From Pocillopora damicornis (lineage: Eukaryota): DNA of 64,000 nt. The position numbers were made by a program, and so were the translations under genes. Below, piece by piece: positions 10,841-23,478 of this stretch. The stretch spans positions 1-64,000 of the forward strand of contig NW_020844150.1 in assembly GCF_003704095.1 (NCBI RefSeq), in the 5' to 3' direction. The first letter of the stretch is position 1. Each line of letters begins with the position of its first letter. The notes below the pieces were generated by a model. It ran no database searches. It was not told the origin of the DNA and saw only the letters and a list, made by a program, of their open reading frames with translations.

Positions 10841-13312
10841 TTTTAATAGCATTTGGTGAGGAATTAGAGGAAAGACTTCAGTTGATGCATAAACCTAGCA
10901 CTTCTCTTAGTTCTGAGGACAATCGGCTGTCAAGCCGTGTGAGATGGATTATTACCTTCTCTTAATTGATATCTAGTTTTTAAAATAGCTTGCACTGTAA
11001 CCAAGAAAAATATTTCGGTGCAATTATATACGATTGTGATGCTCATATCCACACATCATATTGAATATATCGAGACTGTTCTTTGCTAGAGGAAGTTACT
11101 TTTTTTAAAATTAGTGAAGCTTACTGGAATTTCAGTGTAAAAGATATCCGGTTCCTAAAACTAAATTTATTAACTTGTCTAATGCATTTTGAAATAAGAG
11201 AAAGTAGATCATATTCCACCTCAATTTTGCTGTCCGCCGCGTCCACTGTCTGTTCTCTTCAATGCTTTAGACCATTATGTTCTTGTTGATAAACTATATC
11301 AAACATAGCTTTGAAACGAGGAATGCTGGGATAGAAGACCTGACATTTTTACATTTTTGCCTCCGGTAGCTGATTTGTATACATGTCAACTTCTCCATAA
11401 GTTGAAATTTTCGCGTAATTTACCTTTGCTGGTCAATATCAAAATTATTTGACTGTTTGATATAAACACCTTTCCTTTGGCAAATTTTCGTTCGGTAGCG
11501 TAGACGACTTTGATATGACGTTTAAAAGGCTTTTTCATTAGATGGAAATGCTTTTTAAAGAGAATGTTTGTTAGACTAACAGGAAATTACTCAACAAGTA
11601 TAAAACTCATGCTATTGACTGGTCTAATGGCAAGGAAATTCTTAAAGGAAAGCGCTTTCATGAAACAAGTCTTCGTGACAGGTTTTTAGGCTTTGTTAGT
11701 GTGTTGTACAAACAACCATTTTCTTTTTGAAAAGAAGCGCACATGCTAAGGAAAAGATGATATTGGGCATTTAGCCCACGAGCAGGACCTTAGTATTGGT
11801 GTCTCAGTAAGCGCGTGTCGTCGCCTGCCAGATAGTTTGAGGCCATGAGTAGTCTTGCATGCTTTGTTCAAGGCTTTAAGCTTATTTGCAGGTGGAGGAC
11901 GCACGTGCCGCAGCGCTAATTGGGTACCTTTAGCAGTCAGCTCGGCAACATCTGACGACAAAGTTAATTTAAAAGTGAGCTTAAATTTCTATTTATAAAA
12001 TAATTCAGATTGAGTACGCAACCGAGCTTTCATTGGTCAACGGGGAAATTTAGATGAGAGTGCGTATACACAGTTGGGAAGTCTAGCTTCTTGCGCTTGC
12101 CGACACAATTTGAAATCATCTAAAACTCAAAAGCTTTCGCAATACTTGCAGAAAAAATTCAAGTACACATGACAGAATTAGAAATGGAAAAAAATTCAAA
12201 ATTTTGATGTGGGGTTTAGCAATCACTTTCCCCTGTGAGCCCAAGCAGAAAAAAAGAGGAAAAGTTAGAACTACAGCGCTTTAGCTGCTTAGATGATCGT
12301 GAGCTGGAAGACCTCGCCGAGGGAGCTCATGTTTACTAAAAAATGTCCACGAAAAGCGCAGACCGAACTAAGTGCCACGGTCTGTATTGTCTTGAAGTAA
12401 ACAACGCACACAGTCTATCGATTGCCATGTTTTTGCTTTAAAATTTCTCTTAAATTGTAATTTTTACTAAGACGTTCTCGGCGTATGAAACTACTTTCGC
12501 ATTGGCATTAATAATCGTAAACTATTTTTTCGGTTAGAATGGGACAGAAAAACTATAGTAACCAGCACAAAGGCGCGGTGAATGATTCAAGTTCTCAATT
12601 GTGTTGTCGGGCTGTTTTTTATTCAGCTTAATTTGAGTTATGTGAGTAGTTTATCCAGAGCACCATGCTTACTATATTGGGCGCTGCCAAATCGGGCAAG
12701 TTTTCGTCACTTTCATAAGGGATAAACCTCGGTGATATTCAGTTTCAGCTTAATCAAACTCCTCCTCTAAAAGTTCTTTACTTAAGGGATTGTATATTTT
12801 AAATATTTTGGTATTTTGTTGTGAAAAGAAATCGTTTAATTCACACGGGGCTGGCACAAAAAATATTAACTCGACTTTAATTTTTATAAGACGAATTTTG
12901 ATAGGTTTGTGTGTTTTTATCGCCCAGAGCATTTATTGAGAAAATATATTTCAATCGAGTAGTAAATAAATAATTATTTTTCCTTTTTTATGTTACTGGA
13001 GAGCCATATCCAAAAATAAAGATAATTTTTTCCCGTGTGTACATAATCTCATCCAAACAATTGAAAGTTGAAAAGTTATCGAAAATTATATCAATAATTT
13101 AATAAAAATGAAAACAAAATGCCAGATATGGCCGATGTCGGCGTCTATGTTTCCCTGCAAAGCCCACGGAAACCTCCTACGTATCGTGGTTTCACTTAAA
13201 TTTTGAACGTTTTTGACGTCATTGCTATGATGAATAAGGTTATAGACAATAATTCTTCTCGATTTGTTAAAAACTAAAGTTGTTCTAGAAGTGGCCATCA
13301 AAAAGAATTTCG

Positions 13313-14179
13313 ATGGAAACGTGGTTCTGGCTTCTCGGCTGGTTCCTTTGCATCCTAACGATGGTTGGAAATGGATTTGTCATCTTCCTCTTTTGCAGTA
13401 AACGTCAGCTTCGCACCAAAACCAACACATTCATCATGTCTTTAGCAGTGGCTGATTTTTGTGTTGGAATGATTGCTGCTCCTTCACGTTTTCTCTACGC
13501 TATGATAAATGAGCACATTTCCGATGATGATCTCCGACTAACGATGTACGTGTGGGTGTTCATACTTTACGCGTCTGGAACCAACTTGTTAAGTTTGATA
13601 TTTGAACGATATATCGCTGTCGTGAAACCTTTAAAATACTTGACTCTTATGAAGCGCCGCCGAGTCATTCAAATGGTTCTAACATCTTGGGGTATTCCTT
13701 TTCTTTTTACTCTGACTACATTATTGATGGGATTCTTTTCATTGCATCGAATCGAAGGCTATTTGTATCTATTTTACGAGGTAATCTCGTGTGTAATTTT
13801 AATATTTTTCCTTGCATCCATGTTTCTTGTTATTTACAAGCAGAACTCTAGAGATCGCACCTTAGCGAAACAATTGCAGTTTAATCGAAGGGTCGCTAAA
13901 GTTAAAACTCAGAACAGGTCAGCAGTAAAATGGTTAGCATTGGTGACCAGTGTGTTTCTACTGTGTTACGGAATATACATGCGTTGTAGTTTAATAATTT
14001 TAATTGGTTATCATTGTAAAGATTTTCATTACAAAGTCCCTTTACAAGTTGTCAACTCTGGAATAAACCCTATAGCTTATGCTTTCTTCAAAAGGGACAT
14101 AAAGCAGGTATGTAAAAGGCTTTTTTTCAAAAGGTTTCGTTCATTTACTATAGAGCAATTTTTGGGCAGGAAAAATTAA
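13313..14179 (+). CDS. Intronless class A GPCR, family A copy A3 (288 aa)
   Basis: SLAVADF, ERY, NSGINPIAY; C-terminus slightly extended past the paralog stop position. Confidence 0.92.
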   Translation: METWFWLLGWFLCILTMVGNGFVIFLFCSKRQLRTKTNTFIMSLAVADFCVGMIAAPSRFLYAMINEHISDDDLRLTMYVWVFILYASGTNLLSLIFERYIAVVKPLKYLTLMKRRRVIQMVLTSWGIPFLFTLTTLLMGFFSLHRIEGYLYLFYEVISCVILIFFLASMFLVIYKQNSRDRTLAKQLQFNRRVAKVKTQNRSAVKWLALVTSVFLLCYGIYMRCSLIILIGYHCKDFHYKVPLQVVNSGINPIAYAFFKRDIKQVCKRLFFKRFRSFTIEQFLGRKN

Positions 14180-14692
14180 CACTTCTCTTAGATCCCGAGA
14201 GCATTCGGTTGTCGATGTATTAATTATTGTGTTTATTGATACCTAAATGAAAAGCTTTCGATGAAACAGAATTCTCTGCTGCGTGAGACTTGATATTTTT
14301 TTTTTATCTCTAAGATATAGGACCATATTTCGAATATATTGAAACTTTAATTTGAGATGACAAATTGATGGATATTATTTTTGGTTTCTTTCCTCGAAAA
14401 TGGTGCTACACCTTAAAAAAAGAGATCACTCCGTTGGAGAATGGGGCGCCATGTTAGTAGTGCGTCATCTCGATATGCGTTTTGTGAACCTGAAATTAAA
14501 TAAAAAAGTCCGATTATAAAAAGAATACTAAAATTTATACCTCATTTTTTTTTATCTTTTTTTTTTATTTTATTTATTATTTTTTTTCGGTGGTTGGATT
14601 CACCGCAACCTGGAATAGAGATTCACCAAACGATTGGAGCTTAGATATAATGAGGTTATTTAGAGCACTACCTCAAGATTTTTTTTTTTTAA

Positions 14693-14832
14693 TTTTGGCA
14701 TCGTGCCTAATCATTTAACTACCTGTCTTCCCAGAAAGTGGAGGCAATCATGCTTTGATGATTTTGGCATCGTGCCTAATCATTTTAACTTCCCGTCTTC
14801 CCAGAAAGTGGAGGCAATCATGCTTTGATGAT
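14693..14832. repeat. Tandem duplication, 2 x about 70 bp
   Basis: ttttggcatcgtgcctaatcatt...ggaggcaatcatgctttgatga occurs twice. Confidence 0.9.
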
Positions 14833-15486
14833 TTCGTCATCAAAAAAAATTATTTATGGCAATCAGTGGTGGCAAACCACCTACAATCAGAACGACAAGA
14901 CGCATGAAATTCAAGCGTACAAAGCTCCGCTGCATTTTGAACTGTTCACCTTCATCCGTTTTCGTAGAGGCCCCCTTCGAACGAATTTACTGAATCAATC
15001 CTTATTCTAATAGCATGCTTAGGAAATTGGCTTGCCTGGTGATTCAGTTTAGGTTTTTATAAGAAAAATCGAAATGCTCTTGCTCCATCTAAAACAGGAA
15101 GATGAATATTTACTGATCTACTCTGTAATTGACAATTGGTGTTTATAGCAATCATGCTATCTTCATAAAAATCCTCGTCGCCAGGATTTTTTTTTCATTC
15201 AAACAGATGTAAAAGCCATTCTGGATTCATTGCTCTTTTTTTCAGTTGACCTGGTATTAAACTTATAAAAATGAGAAAGAATGATTCGATATGGCTTAGA
15301 GAAGTCGCTAAGAAAAAAACAAAAGAAAAGGAAGTTTGCCTTTTATAGAAATTGCGGGTGGGAGCAGGTGGTTCCAAAGAACTTCGAGATGAGTACAAAT
15401 ATGAATTCTTAAAGTTATTGCTTTTGAAAATTCTCTTCGCTCTGCAAAATTGGACGATATGAAAAAAATTACCAGTATGAATTCGA

Positions 15487-15805
15487 TAGAAACTTAAAAG
15501 GTACTGGTTTTTTGGCTGGTTTTCAAATTAAGAGAATTCGTAATTTGCCTTACATCTATGTTTCTTGCTGTTAACAAGAGCTCAAGAGATCGCAACTCGG
15601 CTAAGCAATTGAAGATAAACAAACGGGTCGCTAAAAATAAAAATCAGGACAAGTCTGCGGCGAACTGGGTGGCATTGGTAACGAGTTTGTTTCTTTTGTG
15701 TTACGGAATATACGTGCGTTGTAGTTTAATAATTTTAACTGGTCATCCTTGTAACAATTTTCATTACAAAGTACCTCTACAAGTTATTAACTCTGGAACA
15801 AATCC
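15487..15805 (+). pseudogene. Family A GPCR fragment (N-terminal relic plus TM5-TM7)
   Basis: MFLAV..WVALVTSLFLLCYGIYVRCS..FHYKVPLQVINSGTNP, cut off right after NP. Confidence 0.88.
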
Positions 15806-16754
15806 TCTTTTCTCATTGGACGAGACTTCTTGGCAACACTTCTGCAGCGGTGAAGAAGGATGCGGAGGGCTTCTCGGTATATCGCAGGACTCGTCAAGCT
15901 TACACAAATGGATTAATTCCAATTTTGAGATGTATCAAAATAAGCATCATCAAACCCCATATAAATTCCTTTTCTGAAGCAAAACACAAAATTAGCACGA
16001 AAAGAAGCACGAAATTTAGACGCACAAAGCTACGCTATACATGGAAGTGTTTACCTCGCTCCGCTATTGTATTGATCTTTTTACGCGATAGTCCTCTGGC
16101 CATCTTTTTTCTTATAGCTCGATGCAACATAACGAAGATGCTGATATTGATGCCGACAAATACATAGCCTTGAATGACTGGGTAGTCGCGATGCAGAATA
16201 TCATACCATTGAAAAAACCAAATAATCCCAGAGCAAAGATATATTGCTAGCACAATTGAAAGCGCTTTTTTTCTCGTTACCAGACGTCCGTACTTAAGAG
16301 GAGAAGAAACTACACTGAACTGAGTCAAGGTAAAGGCGAAAATAGTTGAATTCGACGTCGTTATATAAAATTCGGTGAACGTTTGAAGAGCGTTTAATAA
16401 AGTTGTCAATTTGATTGAATATGGATGTTGAAGGTAAAGGAACACATAAAGTGTGGCCAAAACTGTTTCTTGTACCAAAGCTGTTAGCAGATCGGCTATA
16501 GCCAAACCAAGCAGAAAATAGGAAGTTGGGTTGCGGAACATCCTCAATGAATCGATATGAAGAACAAGGAGGAGAAAGCTATTGGCCACAATAGTGATAA
16601 GCGAGGCTATGAACATGAAAACTGCCGCGCTAAAGGCCACTTTGTAGAAATCTTAGTCCATTGGATTAAGCGTAAAACCGGGATGGAAATTGTCGAGGGT
16701 CACATTTCCAAAGGAATCGTTGATATTCGAATTCTCTGCAAACACAATCTCCAT
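15806..16754 (-). pseudogene. Divergent family B GPCR pseudogene
   Basis: GLAIADLLTALVQE and FTLTQF in ORF 16035..16640; after stops and frameshifts, TM7 reads LIHLKIGINPFV*A*R; candidate start MEIVFAENS at 16754. Confidence 0.85.
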
Positions 16755-19522
16755 AGAGGCATTTATGAGTTTGCTTGTCAAAGGATTGCTGTTAATGAAT
16801 CGTTTTGTGGTGATGTTAGTTTTTTCACAACAAACATGATTAAGTGATTAACAGTTTTACTGATTGAACCCATATGAATAGCAGTTCTACAAAAAAAATG
16901 TGTAACCAGCACAAATTCTTGAATGAAAAGAAGAGTAATATTTTTCCATCTAACAAGGAGACTTTTCATGGTAATTACTTCAAAAATAAACTTTTCAAAG
17001 GCACTTCTTTCAAAGGCCTCTAACAGACTTTTCACCAGCAGGAAGTCCTTGCTGACCCTGTTGATGCCAGCTGGCTTCCAATCGAAGGATTTTGAAATGC
17101 TTTCCGAGGCATAATTTGAAGTGAGGATTGGTAACTGAGTTGCCTGTCCAAAATAAAACTATCATTTGTCGGAAAAAGTCAACGTGATGACAAATCGTTT
17201 AATTATGCGAACTAATTTAACTTTCCTTGCGCTTTTCAAATTGTCCAATACTTAACTAGTTTACCTTTTTTGGTGGGAGCTGTTTTCTCATGGCACAATT
17301 GTCAATTTAGATACTCGCGACTGGTTGCTTTCGGAAACCTTGTGCAGCTTTTCTAGGTTATGTTCACTCCATGATATGACATTTTGTGAAATATTTTCTA
17401 GGTATGAAAAAAAGTCCTGGAGTGTTATACTCAATTGGACACCGAATTATGTTGTTTGAAGCACTAAATCAAGGTAATGACTCTGTTAATTGCTTTGTGT
17501 TTATTCTTGACTTGCTTCGTTTAGGTGTTCAAAAACAAAAGTGACATTTGCGCAAGGTAATAGGCCTATGGTTGGGTCCTCTTTCTCGCTCCAATCTCAT
17601 AGTACCCAGGTCTCTATATTTTGACACTTTCAGGAAGTTTGTTACGATCACGTAAAAAAACGGAAAGAAAAGCTATTCAATTCGGACAAACCATCGGGTC
17701 AGTCACCGATTGGTTCCCAGTTCTCATGTTTCCCTTACTCTGTAGAAGACAGCACCATGCAGTACTCTAACAGCACTCTAAGCCGGTCTTGCGATTAATC
17801 CACAGAGAGATCAAGTTACCGACTTAGTTATACTGATCTCCAGATTTTTCTAAAAATATAAATTTCTGTGTTTGTTTGTATTTTTCTTAAAATATATATT
17901 TCTGTGTTTGTTTTCTTAAACTGTGTGGTATTAGTTGAAACTTTGCGTGAGATTTTAAAATCAAAATTAATTAAAAGATTAATAGGCAATAGCAGAACTA
18001 AAAACACTGGTTAGTTTCCAGAATACTCCTCTAAATAGTTTGAATCACTCGTGTGAAAAAACCGACAATATTTCAAAATGAAGTATACCCTCTCTTGAAC
18101 TTTTCCAAGTTTCATTTTCTCATGTTTAAAATCAAAACCAGACACCGTCCAACATCGGGGTTTTCGTCTCAACTTTCTTTAAAAAAATTTCTTTTATTTC
18201 AATGGAAAAGTCTATTTCTCAATACGTTTTCTTATCTTTCCTTCGGCGTTGCTTGTGAATGTTAAGCAGTTTTACCGAAGTGTGCATCCAAACAAATCTG
18301 TTGAAAATGCTTCACTTTCTATGAATTTTTAAAATGTTCGTTCTTATGAATGATTAAGCTAAATGCTTACGGCTAATACTGAAAAGGTAGAAAAGCAAGA
18401 CGTGTGTGCTTGAGATTTCTCATTTCGTTGAGATAATATTCTAATGGATTGAATTGTGGTTGTAAAGTATCTATCAAGTAGTTTAAGGTAAAAATAAAAA
18501 TTACATATCATTCTACAATTTTTATGACGAGTGGATAGCTGACATGATTTGAAGATTGTCCTCTCCTTTTTTACCATATCTTTATTCAAAAAATACTCTT
18601 ATCTACCAATTGAGCTAAAAATTTCAATATATGCATATTTACTTGATTTTTTGACAAAATAGAAAAATAAATTGTTGTGGTAGCAGATTTTTCACTGCAA
18701 AGGGCTTGTTAGATTTGACAAGTTGGGAGGAAAAGTCTTTCTGCTAAATCTTGCACAAACCGTACCAATTTGTATATGGCAAATACCAGGACAGTTTCTG
18801 TTCAAGGAAATTTTCAGATTTTTGCAGCACAAATACATATCATTTTACTGTAACGAATTCAGAAATTCATTTTGAGAAAGAAACCATGGACTTATGTATC
18901 ACACTGGCAAATTCAAAATTTCTTCAATATCTCTAGTAGAGAAGAAAAGCCAGAAAAAAAAATACAATACACTTTCTTATTTCAATTATCGACTGTATTT
19001 ATGCACCTTTAGAGACTCTACGGGAGCACTCGGTTCAATTACGAAAATTTCTTCAAGTTCTGAACGGGAAAACAATTCGCAGCCCTTCGATGCCTCTCTC
19101 TTTGAATCAAACCGGCATGCAATAATAAAACACGCTCTTGCTTCCATGTAAAAACCTCAGAATGTATACCTTAATTGCAGTGAGTTTCATTTAGTTCAAA
19201 CATACAGCTGCGCAACGTGATAAAAGTTTGTCGAATTCGTGTGTGTGCTTTACACTTCTAGCTACTAGTGTAATTATTTCATAGCGGGAACTACATCTAC
19301 ATGTGAATTCTTTGGGGAAATCAATGAAGTATTCTTACGGTGGCTTTCCCACTGTCACAAACATTAACCAATTACCCTCCTTATAAGCACAACAATAATA
19401 ACCTAGAAAAAAGTTGATAGATTTGTCGATCACTTTAGTAACGGGCGAAATCAGTTAGACTTTCGTTCCGCTTGTTGTCAAGGTCAGTTGTGACACACCT
19501 TAAAATTGAACCAGCACCGAAA

Positions 19523-20623
19523 ATGGACTCTAAATCTCCGACGAAATGCAGTACTTCGATGAATTTCACCGGTAATTTATCACTTTGCCCAACTGTCCAA
19601 CCTGTACTGTTAGGACCCATGGTAAATCCATTTGACGAGTTTTACAAGTTTGCCTTCGGATCAGCAATTTACATTATCATCGTTTCCTTCATAACCATCT
19701 TAGCCAACGGTTTGTTACTTGTGGTTTTCTTCTTCGATCCATTGAAGATATTTCGCACTGCCACTACCTATTTCTTGATCGGTCTGGCCTTAGTGGATAT
19801 CTTAACCGCCGCCTCGCAAGAACCCATGTACGCTACATGCTTTATAATGATGTATCTTAGACATCCTGACACCCTAACAACGTGCACACCTCTTCTGAAT
19901 GTGGGCCAAGTGATAGCTGTTGCAGCCATGAATGCATCATTTCTGATAGTACTTGCTTTCACAATTACACAGTACATTGTGGTGGTCTCGCCGCTAAAAT
20001 ACGGCCGGCGCGTTACAAAATCGCGGGTGGTGATCTGTGTATTGGCCATATACGCGTATTCCATATTGTTCAGTCTCTTTCCTGTTATGGGCATCGCCGA
20101 AGAGATCGTGCAAAAGATCGATAACATTTTTCACTCCATTACTTTGGTCTACGTCACCATTATCTTTTACATTCTGCTGTACGTCGCCTTTAGGAAGAAA
20201 ATGGCTGCTTCTGAAAGTCTTCGAGAAGACAAGACCACACAAGCTAGAGGGAGAGAAAATAAACAAACAGGGGTGGAACGCAAGTTTATCATCGTCAATT
20301 TTCTCCTAATCGCCATCTTGTTTTTGACGTCTCAGCCGTCTGCCATTTTATGGATTTACCGCTTGTATTCCAACGAAAACCCCAACTCTCCAAGAGTTCT
20401 GATTGTCAATCTCATGGTGGCCGACAACCTACTTTACCTGAAATTCCTGCTCGACCCGTTTGTCTACGCATGGCGAATACCCAAATATCGACAGGCCCTA
20501 AAAAATGTCCTGCGCTGTGGCAGAGAGGAGCCTGAAACAACCTTTAGTGACCGCGTCATGGCCCAGGTTAGCAAGTCACGCGAGACTGTAGTGACCCTGG
20601 ACTTTAAAAGCATTCGGGACTAA
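19523..20623 (+). CDS. Intronless class A GPCR, family B divergent member B0 (about 366 aa)
   Basis: 7 TM; GLALVDIL, TITQY, LKFLLDPFVYAWR, helix 8 YRQAL; first in-frame ATG at 19523 (alternative MNFT at 19559). Confidence 0.92.
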   Translation: MDSKSPTKCSTSMNFTGNLSLCPTVQPVLLGPMVNPFDEFYKFAFGSAIYIIIVSFITILANGLLLVVFFFDPLKIFRTATTYFLIGLALVDILTAASQEPMYATCFIMMYLRHPDTLTTCTPLLNVGQVIAVAAMNASFLIVLAFTITQYIVVVSPLKYGRRVTKSRVVICVLAIYAYSILFSLFPVMGIAEEIVQKIDNIFHSITLVYVTIIFYILLYVAFRKKMAASESLREDKTTQARGRENKQTGVERKFIIVNFLLIAILFLTSQPSAILWIYRLYSNENPNSPRVLIVNLMVADNLLYLKFLLDPFVYAWRIPKYRQALKNVLRCGREEPETTFSDRVMAQVSKSRETVVTLDFKSIRD

Positions 20624-22308
20624 AACATTGATACTAGTTCGAGGTTGCCCATAGTTCTCTGCAAAATCTTAAGCCTCGCAAGCTTCTTATCCAATCTCGA
20701 GATCTTGATAACCTTTCTATAGTTTCGATCTCGATTTTATTTCAATTTCTTAGAGTCTAGTTCCAGAGGTTAGAGTAGCATTAACGTAATTTCGTGAGCA
20801 AGGAAATTAACTTTTAAATCACCTTCGTTTGAAATATTGTAGAACAGAAGCTGATAAATGGCAAAAATGAACGCAAATAGGAAAACCGCAAACATAATGC
20901 ACGATTTCTTTAATTTGTCATAAATAGCATATTGCAATAATCCTATAGAAGCGTAACAAGGGGTTGTGTTGATAAAATTATTCAGTCTCCGCCTGTGGTT
21001 TAAACAAGGACTTTGCTTCTCACGAGGGCAATCAGATGTGTCACATCATTCTTAGGAGGAGTATGGAAGATCACCAAATAGCGTCATGAAAGTTTTATCG
21101 CTCGTACCGCTGTATAACTGTGCCGATATATCACCATTTAAGTCAAGGCTTTATTGGCGTTATTTAACTTGATTATCTGCGCCTCTGGAAATGTTTAGCT
21201 ACTCCGAAAAATTGAATTGGTTTGTCAATGTAGACAAACCGACAGTTTTTTACTTAATTATCCCAGGCCCTAGGTAGCCCAAAGTAGACGAAAAACCGAC
21301 AAATTCAGTCGCTTTGTCGGCAACGACAAAACGATTTTTCTTCGCTTAATTTCGACAGGCGTATTTAAGGCTCAACACAGTATACTTTCACAGACAAAGT
21401 GACTACGGAAAAATTATCTTAGCACCGACAAACGGACTACAAATACTTTTAATCAAACGTTCTGTCGGGTGCATAGCAAGCCTGAAGAATTTAATTTCAG
21501 TTATTCACTTGAAATGAATAATAGCGCCTAACTCTTTTGGAAACTGAACAAATTGTTTTCCATATTTTTTTCTGTTATGTTTTAAAGGTTTAAGTACAAT
21601 TTTTCGTTTGCAAGATGTTTTTAATTTAAGTCTTCCCTCATACAATGCATTGGTAAAGATGGGGGCGGCAGTATTTTCTCTATACTGCAATAGTTATGAA
21701 ATTGTTTCTTCTCTTTTAGCGTGACAAACGTTGGGTCAGATTTACCCTTTGATACCTTTTCATTAAGCTTCTAGTTCACTGTAAATACATCCTTTTTTAT
21801 ATAGCTGAGAGCAAACATTCCTTGAAGTCCAATTTTCGCATCCTTCTAAGGTCTACTGTTTGAAAGAGAACTTCGATTATTTGGCATATGTCACTACTGC
21901 GAAATATCCAGATGGAAAATGAAATTCCCTGCTATGCTGAATAATCTGTTCTTCTTTGATCCCAACACGCGTGGGCCTCTACTGGAATAATTGAACCTTT
22001 TCCAAAAGGCGCAAACTCGGTGCAATTTTAAAACTAGAAGGCTTATCACACACCTAAGTTCTTAATAATGGCGAAACAGCGTCTCACGTCCATGGTAAAC
22101 AAATTATAAAATTAATTTTTATAAGGCACAAGGTTAATAAACGAATAGCAAAAGTGTTTTCACGCTGATAGGAAGGGAAAGTTTACCTTAGTTAATTAAT
22201 AGAAGTTCTATTGTAAAAGTAGAAATTCTCCCTCTGCATTGAACCACAAACTGAAGAGCTTGACCCTAACCACTAATTTTCTTTCGTGCCCTGATCATCA
22301 TTTTCAAG

Positions 22309-23478
22309 ATGAACTTCACTTGTGGAAATAATACGTTGCTCAACATAGGCGTTGATTATTTCAAAGAGCTACAACAGAGCCAAAAACCTTCAAATTCTTC
22401 AGTTTGCACCGGGGCAGCTGGCCTTGACTCACAGGAAGGGATGATGCATGTTGAGGAGTTTTCAAAGGCAGCTTTCGGCTCTTCCATCTTTATCATCATA
22501 GTTTCGCCCATGACAATCGTGGCCAACAGTTTGCTTCTTGTAACTTTTCTCGTCGATCCACTCAAGATTTTCCGCAACCCAACCAGCTACTTTCTCATCG
22601 GTTTGGCCATCGTGGATCTCCTAACGGCACTGATACAAGAACCTATCTATGCCACCTGTTTCATGTTGATGTATTTCCAGCATCCTTCGTGGACGAAATG
22701 TGAATCTTGGATGGAATTTGCATTCTATTTTTCAGCATTTCCAGTCTCAATATCGGCATCTATCGTTTTTGCCTTTACATTGACGCAGTACATCGTAGTT
22801 ACATCGCCTCTGAAGCTCGGCCGCATGATTACAAAGAAGAAAGCCTTACTTAGCGTTTTTGCTATATACCTCTATCATACGCTTTTCTGTTGTTTACCAC
22901 TGATGGGTATTCCACAGAAGACCAAACACGCCATTGACTTATTCTTTCACAGGTACGCTGTTGTTCTCGTCACCATCGTGGTATACATTATTCTGCATTA
23001 CACCATGAAAAAGAAAATGACCGCAGGGCGCTCACTCCAAAACGAAGGCTCATCCACTTCTCGCGAGGAGGGAAGACACGCTCAGGTGCAGCGAAGCTTT
23101 GTCCGTATAAATGTCGTTCTTCTCATTATTATGATCATGTTTTTCGTGCCTTCAGTTCTACTGATGACAATCAGATTTTTTCTGGACGACATATTTACTG
23201 CTCGGTATGGGATACGGGTTCTCGTTGTAAATTTGATGACCGACAACGTGCTTTACCTAAAATTTCTGTTTGATCCGATTGTGTACGCGTGGCGCATGTC
23301 CAAGTACAGGAAGTCTCTGAAAAGCACTGTTTATCGTAATAAAGATAAACAGTCCAGCAGAAGCGAAGGCGAGACTAAGATCACAGATGCAAGAGGTCAG
23401 ATAGGTGAGCTAACAAGTGCTGAACTGAACAAGTCAGCGATAACTTTACTCAGCTTCAAAAATGTCAGCACAGATTAA
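22309..23478 (+). CDS. Intronless class A GPCR, family B copy B1 (389 aa)
   Basis: N-glycosylation sequons at the N-terminus, GLAIVDLL, TLTQY, LKFLFDPIVYAWR. Confidence 0.93.
   Translation: MNFTCGNNTLLNIGVDYFKELQQSQKPSNSSVCTGAAGLDSQEGMMHVEEFSKAAFGSSIFIIIVSPMTIVANSLLLVTFLVDPLKIFRNPTSYFLIGLAIVDLLTALIQEPIYATCFMLMYFQHPSWTKCESWMEFAFYFSAFPVSISASIVFAFTLTQYIVVTSPLKLGRMITKKKALLSVFAIYLYHTLFCCLPLMGIPQKTKHAIDLFFHRYAVVLVTIVVYIILHYTMKKKMTAGRSLQNEGSSTSREEGRHAQVQRSFVRINVVLLIIMIMFFVPSVLLMTIRFFLDDIFTARYGIRVLVVNLMTDNVLYLKFLFDPIVYAWRMSKYRKSLKSTVYRNKDKQSSRSEGETKITDARGQIGELTSAELNKSAITLLSFKNVSTD

Noticed and set aside
11990-12340. Crypton-like transposon remnant (RFSCLDDRELEDLAEG)
   Set aside because: Too short and no catalytic motif visible
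20410-20480. TM7 lysine suggesting an opsin
   Set aside because: The retinal-binding Lys is at 7.43, seven residues before the NPxxY Pro. Here Lys is at 7.45 and 7.43 is Tyr; the family A Lys is at about 7.38.
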